A stretch of 15,287 nt of DNA from a virus: the IMG/VR virus record IMGVR_UViG_3300045988_093774; one strand, 5' to 3'. A model generated the notes under the pieces. The model saw nothing but the letters and a program-made list of their open reading frames with translations, was not told the origin of the DNA and searched no databases. This document shows, one piece after another, positions 1 through 7,793 of the stretch. Within the stretch, counting starts at the first letter, position 1, and each line of letters starts with the position of its first letter. The translations under genes and the position numbers were made by a program.

Positions 1-137
1 CGGTATTTCGTTTTCCCCGCAAAATGCACGATTCCCCTTGTGCTTATAATGCACGATAAGATACAACACAATTAAACGATTGCTTAATTGAATATTGTAT
101 ACAATGTACAGCATACAATTAAACGATTGCTTAATTG
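1..137. repeat. Left inverted terminal repeat (ITR), 137 bp perfect
   Basis: Checked base by base: 1-137 equals the reverse complement of 15151-15287. The next 10 nt match 8/10, then similarity is lost. Confidence 0.97.
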
Positions 138-161
138 AATATTGTATACAATGTACAGCAT
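68..161 (+). repeat. 47-bp direct tandem repeat x2 (68-114 and 115-161), identical copies
   Basis: The unit is acaattaaacgattgcttaattgaatattgtatacaatgtacagcat. Each unit holds an inverted repeat CAATTAA-N8-TTAATTG (69-90) and a 12-bp perfect palindrome ATTGTATACAAT (94-105). The ITR boundary at 137 falls inside copy 2. Confidence 0.95.
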
Positions 162-169
162 ATGAACCT

Positions 170-199
170 ATAAAAAGGATGCCACACAATGTGACACCC
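170..199 (-). terminator. Rho-independent terminator ending the minus-strand transcription unit
   Basis: Minus-strand RNA reads GGGUGUCAC(199-191) AUUGU GUGGCAUCC(185-177), followed by UUUUUAUAGG. All 9 pairs form on the minus strand (two are G.U). The plus-strand version would have two A.C/C.A mismatches. It lies about 40 nt after the stop of the last gene. Confidence 0.75.
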
Positions 200-239
200 T
201 TATAGTCTTTCTTTATTTAAACATTAACACACGGTATAA

Positions 240-974
240 TCATAAATTCCATGTTGAAGTGTTAAGTGTAAGCTGAGTATTCATATATGTTACATTGTTT
301 AATGTATATGGCATATAGACCTTTCCTGTCTGGTCGATTGTGAGATTCTGAACTTCCAGTGAGCCATCCGCTCTTGTCACAAATACAGAACTCCAAATTT
401 TTCGTTCCCCGGATGGGTTAATCAATTTCAGAATATCACTAGGAATCGTCGCAATTCTTGATTCACTAGCAATAGTTGAACCCTGAGAAAGTTCAATCTG
501 TCCACTAATGTTTAACAACCCTGAGAACCTGTTATATGAACAGTCCCATGAACCTTTCGTGTAGTTAGGAAGTCCAGTATTATGAATGTTAGTTCCCTGA
601 ATCCACTGATTACGTGTGTTAATGTCTGTAATATTATGCTCATTCTGATTTGCTTTGTTCAGTGCTGAGCTTGCCGAGTTTGTCGCATTCTGAATAGATA
701 CGTCCTGCTGCGAGTTTTTTGTCTTTAAACTGGCGATATCTTCACTGTTAGCTGTCACAGAGTCATTTAAAGCCTGTACATCTTTCGACGCTTTATCTGC
801 TACAGCCTGAGCCGAACTCGCGGCACTAGCGGCGTTGGACGCTGAATCCGCGTTCGCTTTCATCTGATTGTCGATTTTCAACATATCTCCGTTATAGTCA
901 CCAAGGTAAGTAGGTTTGTCCGTTCCGATATACTGTGACAATTTATAGTTTGTTGTTTTGTTTGTGCTACTCAT
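240..974 (-). CDS. Putative tail fibre / receptor-binding protein (244 aa)
   Basis: SD AAGGAGAG lies 7-8 nt before ATG 974. The N-terminus NYKLSQYIGTDKPTYLGDYNGDMLKID resembles the conserved N-terminal anchor of tail-fibre proteins from phages of Gram-positive hosts. An Ala/Ser/Asn-rich stalk and a C-terminal globular part follow. It is the last structural gene. Confidence 0.6.
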   Translation of the reverse strand: MSSTNKTTNYKLSQYIGTDKPTYLGDYNGDMLKIDNQMKANADSASNAASAASSAQAVADKASKDVQALNDSVTANSEDIASLKTKNSQQDVSIQNATNSASSALNKANQNEHNITDINTRNQWIQGTNIHNTGLPNYTKGSWDCSYNRFSGLLNISGQIELSQGSTIASESRIATIPSDILKLINPSGERKIWSSVFVTRADGSLEVQNLTIDQTGKVYMPYTLNNVTYMNTQLTLNTSTWNL

Positions 975-986
975 AATAATCTCTCC

Positions 987-1853
987 TTACATTAATATAT
1001 CTTTTGCTGTGTTATCAAACGTGTACGCCGTCATGTTGTAACCTACAAAGGAATTACACGTTAGTGATTTTAGGGCATCAAACTCGCTAACTGTAATTGG
1101 TGCGTTGCTGTGCAATTCAGCCAACTGATAAATCACATCTTGGTAGAATACGTATTCACCTGTTAATGGTGAGAACATGTATAACTGACTTGACGGAATT
1201 AATTTGCATCCGGCGTATAAATCAAAATCGTGTGCCATCATGCTTAGCGCTTCAAAACCATTACAGCTCAGCTTCAAACCGTCAAATTCATCGCAAGTTA
1301 TTCCACAATATCTCGCCGAGTCATAAATGTCACCAAGGATTTTACATATACTGTCATATTGACCTGTGACCGGATTGTAACACTGTATATTGTTACAAAC
1401 ATACTTGTCAATATAATCAATTAATCTATCAATTTGCTGATTGATGTATGAATACGTTTCAGCGTTTAGACGGTACATGGTTTTTGTCAATTCTGTCAAT
1501 GAATTCGAAATATCATTTATTTTCTTGTTTATTGATACTTCAAGTTTTGTTATTTTTTCGTTGTAATCAGATTCAACAATAGTAATTTTTCCGTCAACAT
1601 ATTCTTTAAAGTCAGCAACTTGTGTGTTCACATACTCTTCAAGAGAATGTATCTCACTTTCAAGTGTTGCTTTTAATTGAGCGATTTGCGTGTCCGTGTA
1701 ATTTTTGTATGCATCCGTATAGTCATTGATAGCTGAAATGCATTCATTTATCTTTTTTTCAAGATAACACAGAACCTCATAGTATGACTGTTTGTCGTTA
1801 TACACTGACGGTAGATTACAACAATTCAATTTAATTAATGGTGTTATTTCCAT
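987..1853 (-). CDS. Putative neck appendage / tail fibre protein, coiled-coil, Cys-rich (288 aa)
   Basis: SD GTGAGGTGAT precedes ATG 1853. It occupies the gp12 position, after the lower collar. It has a long heptad-like central segment and a C-terminal internal duplication (ITCDEFDGLKLSCNGFEALSMMAHDFD / ITVSEFDALKSLTCNSFVGYNMTAYTFD). Confidence 0.5.
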   Translation of the reverse strand: MEITPLIKLNCCNLPSVYNDKQSYYEVLCYLEKKINECISAINDYTDAYKNYTDTQIAQLKATLESEIHSLEEYVNTQVADFKEYVDGKITIVESDYNEKITKLEVSINKKINDISNSLTELTKTMYRLNAETYSYINQQIDRLIDYIDKYVCNNIQCYNPVTGQYDSICKILGDIYDSARYCGITCDEFDGLKLSCNGFEALSMMAHDFDLYAGCKLIPSSQLYMFSPLTGEYVFYQDVIYQLAELHSNAPITVSEFDALKSLTCNSFVGYNMTAYTFDNTAKDILM

Positions 1854-1868
1854 ATTATCACCTCACTT

Positions 1869-2573
1869 TTACCACACTTGCATAAACAATCTTCTACAGC
1901 GTTTTAACAGTATTGTGTTGATTAAATACGTACCCTCAGAAATTGCTTTAAAATATTTTTCACTATTGCGTGTGTCTGTTTCATTTTCAGAGAGTGTCCT
2001 GATTGTGTTTCCTACACGGTTACTGTTATTTTTCCCTGATGAGTTACTTGTTGTGTTTGTTGTGTTGTTTGTGGTCGCTTCGCCTCTATCCATTTCAGAT
2101 GCATAGTCATTTGTACTAATTGTGACCTGTGGGTTGTCTGAATGAATAGACTGCGAGTTTTGTTTCTGATTTGAAGTATCTGTAGATACTGCATCTTGCT
2201 TCACATCTGTGTTACTTGTCTCTGTGTCGTTTATGTTTTCATTGTGTTTCACCAACCTTTCTCCCGCAACGTTAGGCATACCACCAAGCAATCTATATTT
2301 TTGACTCATTTCTTCCATGCTTTCACACATCAAACCTTTAAAAAATTGTTTGTGCATTCCTAACGTTTCTTGCCCTATTTCATTATTCAAATACCTTGTT
2401 AAGTATGCGGACATAAACTCAGATTTTCCATCACCTGTGTTGTTATACCAAGGAAATGAGAAGTCGAAAAAAGCGTTTACACCATTCTCAACCAGTTCAT
2501 CCGGGGTCAGACTTTCAGAGTTTGGTACAATGTTTTGAAGTATATTATATATAGTTGTGGTATACTTACTCAA
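1869..2573 (-). CDS. Putative lower collar protein (gp11 position)
   Basis: Assigned by synteny, directly after the portal. The ORF is open to 2594 (TTG). The SD AGAAAGGGTGAT is best spaced (8 nt) for TTG 2573, and ATG 2579 is also possible. An Asn/Thr/Ser-rich low-complexity region spans aa 118-210 of the long ORF. Confidence 0.5.
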   Translation of the reverse strand: MSKYTTTIYNILQNIVPNSESLTPDELVENGVNAFFDFSFPWYNNTGDGKSEFMSAYLTRYLNNEIGQETLGMHKQFFKGLMCESMEEMSQKYRLLGGMPNVAGERLVKHNENINDTETSNTDVKQDAVSTDTSNQKQNSQSIHSDNPQVTISTNDYASEMDRGEATTNNTTNTTSNSSGKNNSNRVGNTIRTLSENETDTRNSEKYFKAISEGTYLINTILLKRCRRLFMQVW

Positions 2574-3471
2574 TATCATCACCCTTTCTGTCAATGTTTG
2601 GCATAAACTGTGTTGGTGCGTTCAGTGGTGTTGGTAGGTTCGATCTAAATTCCACTTTCGCATCCCATCCGAACAATTTATTGCAAGCGTCAATTGCACG
2701 TTCTCTTAGTGCTAGAGCTATATTTCGATTACCCTCTGTGTGACCGTTGTTCCCGGCAACTTCATCAGATATCAGTCTTTCTCTTTTTTCTGATGGGTTC
2801 GATTCATAGCCAAGATCAGTTAGTACACGCGCCCACAATACGGTGAGTTCATCTTCCAACTTGTCAATAACATAAGGCGCACCTAATGTGACAGCTTGTA
2901 AATTCTTAATATTAATTGTGTCGCTAATTTTAATCACAGGGACATAGTTGGAGTATTCTTCACCAAGTATTTGATAACTCAATTTCTCGTCATCTGAGGA
3001 TACAATCGCAACAGGTGTACGTTGACTAAACATATTAATGTCACGCGTACGCCACACATTCGCCATAGTTTTTGCGTACAGACAAGCCGTATAATAATAT
3101 GGAAATGCGGTCGCTGAATCCCACATGATAACGGAGTTCTCTTTTCCGTATTCTTTCATGTAGCCATTGTTAGCATATGCCCATCTATCCTCAGGTACGT
3201 TGTATATATCATACATGCCGGAAAGGTTCACTTTCATGAACGCGAAAGCGTCTACAACATCGTCATGAATGAATGACCCTAAACCATGAAAAAACATGAC
3301 TCGTTCAATAAAGAATGGCTCAATTGATTCAGGTAATCCTGTGTATTTGAACCGATTAATGAACAAGTTCATGATACTGTTAAAAAAGTAGAATTCAGTG
3401 ATGTCTCGCTCGTTACACGGTTGATTTATGTTCTTTTCGTATACCCGGTAAGGGTTTTTCACTGTACCCAT
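2566..3471 (-). CDS. Portal / upper collar connector protein (phi29 gp10-like, 301 aa)
   Basis: The segments QRTPVAIVSSDDEKLSYQ, GAPYVIDKLEDE, EKRERLISDEV and KVEFR match phi29 gp10 as I recall it (QKTPVLIRANDNNQLSLKQ, DAPYVVDKLN, EKKERMVTDEV, KVKFR). SD AGAGGTGAT precedes ATG 3471. Confidence 0.88.
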   Translation of the reverse strand: MGTVKNPYRVYEKNINQPCNERDITEFYFFNSIMNLFINRFKYTGLPESIEPFFIERVMFFHGLGSFIHDDVVDAFAFMKVNLSGMYDIYNVPEDRWAYANNGYMKEYGKENSVIMWDSATAFPYYYTACLYAKTMANVWRTRDINMFSQRTPVAIVSSDDEKLSYQILGEEYSNYVPVIKISDTINIKNLQAVTLGAPYVIDKLEDELTVLWARVLTDLGYESNPSEKRERLISDEVAGNNGHTEGNRNIALALRERAIDACNKLFGWDAKVEFRSNLPTPLNAPTQFMPNIDRKGDDIE

Positions 3472-3486
3472 AATATCACCTCTTTT

Positions 3487-5088
3487 CTAATTGTTTGGCA
3501 GTGAATAGTTTCCGATATCATCTGTATGCCACAGTGTAACACCACGGTTGAAAATAGATCTAATCTGTTGTAACTGCGCCAAGTCAACCGCACCTGTGAA
3601 ACCACACCCGGCTGTTTTTACGTAATTCCATGTTGATCGAGTGTGTATGTTTGGCATTGCGACTCTATTGATTGGATACCCGTAGACATCAAAGAACGAG
3701 TCAATCACACGTGCAAATTCTTCCTGACATGACATAACGTAGAAAGTGAATCCCGTTAGAGCACAAGCAACATTGACATTTTCAGAAAGTGCTTTCCCGT
3801 GAACGGATGCCGGAACAACAGACTTGTCTCTTAATTGTGCCAATAACGACATAGTGCCCTGGATTGCACTGACTGAGGATGATGTGGCTTGCATCCCACC
3901 TAACACAGCACTTGCTCCACCTGTAGCTACAGCTGTCACAGCACCAACAGGTGCTTGCAACGAGTCAGCTACAATAGATGTAGCTTGAACAGCCAGTGCG
4001 CCCTTATTCTGAGCAACCCAAGCTTTGAACGTGTCAGACTGGAAAGCGCATTGTGGAAACCCTGATATCACTAACGACTCAGAAAATAAACGGTTCACAC
4101 CTTTATAGTTTGACGGAGACACTAACACCTGCGGTAAGGTACACATTGCACCAACTATTTCAAAGTCAATACTGTGGTCGGCGTTGTTCGATAATTCAAA
4201 CTTATAGATATTTGCCTGACCCTCGTTATTGTCCACCATAGCGTAACAAAATGGGTAGCTATATAACTTGTTGTTGCGTGGAATATAACCACCGAAAATA
4301 TCACCTTTGTTTAACGGTAACTTGAACTCTGCCCGATTTGAGTCATCACCCTTTATCGCGTTAATGCATATTTGAGGAGCCATGAATATAGCCATAATAT
4401 CGTCAACAATACCCTCTTCCGTGTATTGTTTGATTAGGTTGTTTACGGTTTCCACGTCTTTGACACTGTAATGACCCAACGATCCTGTTCGATATATTCC
4501 ATTAACTACTGAACCGTCAAAAGGTTCACCTGTTGTCCCCTCTGAAACATAGACACATATGTCCATATTGTACAACGGATATAGATAGGAATTTGCCACT
4601 ACCGACTCTCCTGTTTCAAGATTTACGGGGATCTGATTTGCCCCGATTCTGTCCTGACTTTTTGGAATGTGATGATATTCAATGAAGCACGGCTTCACTT
4701 TCAACTTATACCAGTTACATTGAAAAACATCCAGTTCAAATATGATTCTAGTTGTACGCTCTGATTTCCACTCTATTGATGTAATGAAGCAGAATACCCA
4801 TTCATCATGTAACCCATAGTTGTTGAACGCTAAGTAGTTGAGATCAAGCGCAGACATTTCAGTGAATGGCACTTTCACGTCAAGTGACCCAACTCTGATT
4901 GGTGACATTTCATCCAATCCACTGGAGAGATTAACCCTCCAGTTCTCAAGATGATTTAGCAAGTCCTGTGTTGAGTTGTATAATCTAACATGGTTATAGG
5001 AATTATCCCACGGAACACCTCTATACAGTCTTAATTGTGTTTGTGGTGCACGTGGCACAACAGTCGCCTGTGTAGGCATTGGAATCAT
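3487..5088 (-). CDS. Tail knob / tail tube protein (phi29 gp9-like, 533 aa)
   Basis: WVFCFITSIEWKSERTTRIIFELDVFQCNW parallels phi29 gp9 [29 protein letters not shown] (from memory). It has a long Ala/Gly/Ser/Val-rich loop at aa 363-418. SD GGGGGT precedes ATG 5088. Confidence 0.8.
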   Translation of the reverse strand: MIPMPTQATVVPRAPQTQLRLYRGVPWDNSYNHVRLYNSTQDLLNHLENWRVNLSSGLDEMSPIRVGSLDVKVPFTEMSALDLNYLAFNNYGLHDEWVFCFITSIEWKSERTTRIIFELDVFQCNWYKLKVKPCFIEYHHIPKSQDRIGANQIPVNLETGESVVANSYLYPLYNMDICVYVSEGTTGEPFDGSVVNGIYRTGSLGHYSVKDVETVNNLIKQYTEEGIVDDIMAIFMAPQICINAIKGDDSNRAEFKLPLNKGDIFGGYIPRNNKLYSYPFCYAMVDNNEGQANIYKFELSNNADHSIDFEIVGAMCTLPQVLVSPSNYKGVNRLFSESLVISGFPQCAFQSDTFKAWVAQNKGALAVQATSIVADSLQAPVGAVTAVATGGASAVLGGMQATSSSVSAIQGTMSLLAQLRDKSVVPASVHGKALSENVNVACALTGFTFYVMSCQEEFARVIDSFFDVYGYPINRVAMPNIHTRSTWNYVKTAGCGFTGAVDLAQLQQIRSIFNRGVTLWHTDDIGNYSLPNN

Positions 5089-5162
5089 GTTATTACCCCC
5101 TATAAATTTCTTACCTTTTTTCTGACCTTTTTGTAACGCCGTTTCTATTTGTTAACACTACA

Positions 5163-6440
5163 TCAAGGTTTGCCCGTTTTGGTAAAATTTACCGTTGTTT
5201 TTACAGTTTCATCCGGTCTGTAAACAATTTCAATCGCAAGAGTTGGAGCTGTTTCATCCGAGCCGACATACAACTGATCTGTTCCCGGTAGAATGTATGT
5301 GTCTTTTGACGTTGCACCCGATACACTGTAGGTAAGAAGTTTCTGACGGTATGCACCTGTTCCACCTGTCACGGTTGCCGGAATATTGGTCACTGTACCC
5401 GGTGTGTATGTACCAGCTTTCGCGGAAATAGTTAACGACTCTGTAGCTACCTGATCTGTGGTGAACACTCTGATCGGGTAGAACGGTGACGCACTAATCA
5501 TTTCCACCATAGTGTAGAAATAATTCCACGCCAACACGTTCGCAAGTCTCTGGTCGCTCATTTCACGGAACTGATCTCTTACATTGAAAAATCTAATATC
5601 CATCAATACACCCTGAATCGCTGAGTTCGCGAACTTGTCAACAATTACGGTTCTAACATCCACCTGTGTTTTGTCAAGATGGAACGCATAAGCCAGTGCG
5701 TCAACACTAATCTGAGCGTTAACTTTCGGTGTTGTAATGAAGATGAGACTGTACGGTTCAGATGTGGAAGTCGCACCCGCGATGTTATTCGCCGGGTTAG
5801 GGAATTTAAATTCATCTACCGCGGATTTCACCTCTGCAAGCATTCTCTTAGCTGACGCTTCATCCACAACAGCCGGAACAGTGACAGCCGGTAAAATCTG
5901 TTGTGTATATCCAGTGTCAATCATACCTTTCATAGCGTTGTATTCATCCCAGTTCGCGCCGGACACGGCTGACTGCATTTTCATCCCCATCATGTCGCGG
6001 ATTCCGTATTCTGACAAAAATGCTGACCGCAAGTTATCGAATGTTACTGTAACTGGGTACTGCATATTTAGATTGACCTTGTGGAACACGGTCATAATAT
6101 ACGACTGATACTGCTGAAATGCAGACTCGTAGGATTCACGTGGGTCGTACAATTTCCCTTTGCACATATTGACGAATGTTTCTTCATGCGTCATACCATA
6201 ACGCATAGGGTCTTTTTTGTACATAGCAAGAGGATTTTTCCAAGCTGTTGAGTCCACAGTCTGTAGACCGATTCTCTCAAGTAGAGATGGAATAATCTGA
6301 TTTTTACCCTGTGAATAACTCATCATTGTTGTGAAAATCTCAGACAGATTAGTAAGAGTTGCCTCGGGTATTCTGTTTTCAAGTTCATACTCTGACCTCA
6401 TTGCATTTAAAATTGCTGTGTTAGTTGCTTTCGTTGCCAT
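5163..6440 (-). CDS. Major capsid protein (phi29 gp8-like) with C-terminal Ig-like extension (425 aa)
   Basis: ILNAMRSE, SLLERIGLQ...NPLAMYKK and LAWNYFY parallel phi29 gp8 IVNAIRNS, SLVDRIGLV...NPLKKFKK and YWNYYY (from memory). The last 90 aa or so look like a Big_2/Ig-like domain. The start was moved from the track value 6491 to ATG 6440, because SD AAAGGAGAG lies 8 nt upstream and the extra 17 codons are just the palindromic element. Confidence 0.9.
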   Translation of the reverse strand: MATKATNTAILNAMRSEYELENRIPEATLTNLSEIFTTMMSYSQGKNQIIPSLLERIGLQTVDSTAWKNPLAMYKKDPMRYGMTHEETFVNMCKGKLYDPRESYESAFQQYQSYIMTVFHKVNLNMQYPVTVTFDNLRSAFLSEYGIRDMMGMKMQSAVSGANWDEYNAMKGMIDTGYTQQILPAVTVPAVVDEASAKRMLAEVKSAVDEFKFPNPANNIAGATSTSEPYSLIFITTPKVNAQISVDALAYAFHLDKTQVDVRTVIVDKFANSAIQGVLMDIRFFNVRDQFREMSDQRLANVLAWNYFYTMVEMISASPFYPIRVFTTDQVATESLTISAKAGTYTPGTVTNIPATVTGGTGAYRQKLLTYSVSGATSKDTYILPGTDQLYVGSDETAPTLAIEIVYRPDETVKTTVNFTKTGKP

Positions 6441-6463
6441 GTGTGATCTCTCCTTTCTCTGTG

Positions 6464-6481
6464 ATGTTTCACGTGAAACAT
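6464..6481. promoter_or_regulatory. 18-bp perfect palindrome ATGTTTCACGTGAAACAT in the scaffold-capsid intergenic region
   Basis: Self-complementary over all 18 nt and 23 nt upstream of capsid ATG 6440. The block 6451-6481 (palindrome plus SD region) matches 9270-9300 with one mismatch. Confidence 0.7.
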
Positions 6482-6491
6482 CTCTCATCAA

Positions 6492-6764
6492 TTACTCTGT
6501 TTCTGCTGAAAAGTCCAAGTCTTCCAGTTTCGGGGCAGGTTCAGGCGTGATTGGTTCTTCGATCGGTTTTTCCAATGCTCCACTATTCTGTGTCATGATT
6601 TCCTCTTTGAACCGTGTTTTATACTTTTCAGCAAGATCATTATATTTTGCTTTCCAAGTGGTTTCATCTTCCGTAGGTGTCCTTAAAGTTGTGAGAGCTT
6701 CGTCAAACTCCTCAACATTTTCAAGAGCATCAATAATCTGTGTTAACGCTTCTTCTCTTGTCAT
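6492..6764 (-). CDS. Putative scaffolding protein (90 aa, acidic, helical)
   Basis: Small Glu/Asp-rich ORF immediately upstream of the capsid gene (gp7 position). SD GAAAGGAG is present. Its ATG overlaps the stop of the upstream gene (ATGA). Confidence 0.5.
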   Translation of the reverse strand: MTREEALTQIIDALENVEEFDEALTTLRTPTEDETTWKAKYNDLAEKYKTRFKEEIMTQNSGALEKPIEEPITPEPAPKLEDLDFSAETE

Positions 6765-7792
6765 ACTCTATTAGCTCCTTTCCATAGTGGCATACTGTAT
6801 AACCACAATTTTGATTTCTTTTTCTTTTTCGGGTGTGGGTTGTTTGGGTTAAATTTTTTTAAATATTCATACCACTTTCTTGCAGCTTTTCGCCGTTCTT
6901 CCTCAACCTCGACTCCTGCACGTTCGAAATTTTTTAGGAACGCACTCGCAAGATACTCAGGTTCATCTGTAGCTTTTTTAAATTCCAACCAAGACATTTT
7001 ATATTGTGGGGTTGGAATCCACTGACCGGATGGGTCAGTCTGCGTATCTAGCCACAAACACTGCCCGTCACCGTCATCAATTTCGAACCCCTGACTTTTC
7101 GCCCAGTTTGTATAGTTTGTTGCGGGTGTCCACTGAGCGAGTCCGAAACCTAGACTATAATTTCCCTGATCTAAGTTTTGCCACAATCCCGGGTTGATAT
7201 TGGATTCTCGCTCAAAGTTGCCAAGCATACCCGCAACAGCGTTTAAAGTAAAACCATAACCCCACATGATAGAATAAAATACATAAGCATTGTTCTGCAT
7301 TTCTTCCTCTGTGAGATAGTTATTTTTTGCAATCCATTTAAGCTTTGTGGCTTTTCCTAATCTATAGAGGTCGGTGTAGTAATCAACCCCGGTCACAAAG
7401 TTATTTATGGAAACCTGTTGCGCAAGCGGAACATTCGCTGTGTGCGCACCCATTGTAATGCCACCATTGTCCGCGGGTTCATAACACATTTCTGTATGTT
7501 GACGTGTTGTGTTGCGAACAACTAGAATGTCACCCGCTTGCCACGGAACAGCATCTGTTTTGTAATGCTGTGCACCAAGGTCTAGCAAATACTGACCCAT
7601 GGTGGCTGTTGTGAACCAAGGATTTTCTTGAAAATACCCGGCTTGCGTTAATGCCTGTGATATTAATGAAGAGCAATCATAATACGTGATCCCGTTTACA
7701 TTCTGTCCACGCCGATATTTTTGAGAATAACCAATGTTGGGCGCGTTGCACGCGTTAATCATCCATGTGTAAGCTGTGTTAATAGATGGCAT
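6761..7792 (-). CDS. Tail-associated peptidoglycan hydrolase (gp13-like): N-terminal NlpC/P60- or CHAP-type peptidase + C-terminal phage tail lysozyme-type domain (343 aa)
   Basis: The catalytic-Cys context is ITYYDCSSLISQAL, with a downstream His in RQHTEMCY. The C-terminal motif is AGMLGNFERESNINPG...GFGLAQWT, typical of phage tail lysozyme domains. Its start is coupled to the lysin stop (TGAtATG). Confidence 0.7.
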   Translation of the reverse strand: MPSINTAYTWMINACNAPNIGYSQKYRRGQNVNGITYYDCSSLISQALTQAGYFQENPWFTTATMGQYLLDLGAQHYKTDAVPWQAGDILVVRNTTRQHTEMCYEPADNGGITMGAHTANVPLAQQVSINNFVTGVDYYTDLYRLGKATKLKWIAKNNYLTEEEMQNNAYVFYSIMWGYGFTLNAVAGMLGNFERESNINPGLWQNLDQGNYSLGFGLAQWTPATNYTNWAKSQGFEIDDGDGQCLWLDTQTDPSGQWIPTPQYKMSWLEFKKATDEPEYLASAFLKNFERAGVEVEEERRKAARKWYEYLKKFNPNNPHPKKKKKSKLWLYSMPLWKGANRV

Positions 7793-7793
7793 A

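Noticed and set aside
1-137. Terminal inverted repeats as the ends of a transposon or IS element, or of a linear plasmid
   Set aside because: There is no transposase. The content is a full virion, lysis and protein-primed replication gene set, so ITRs of a protein-primed phage genome are the simpler explanation.
165-177. Shared 12-mer AACCTATAAAAA at 165-176 and 9582-9593
   Set aside because: A few identical AT-rich 12-mers are expected by chance in a genome of this size. The two contexts (a terminator tail and the ATPase stop/-35) have no obvious common function.
212-240. Plus-strand TATAAT (235-240) with a weak TTTATT -35, as an inward-facing promoter at the left end
   Set aside because: The -35 matches only 3/6. 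The -10 overlaps the stop-codon region of the last gene, and it would produce only antisense RNA. In AT-rich sequence this is most likely chance.
6441-6491. N-terminal 17-codon extension of the capsid ORF in the six-frame track (MMRDVSRETSQRKERSH...)
   Set aside because: The extension is a translation of the palindromic element. It contains the SD AAAGGAGAG that is correctly spaced for ATG 6440, and the protein from MATKAT... aligns with gp8-like N-termini.
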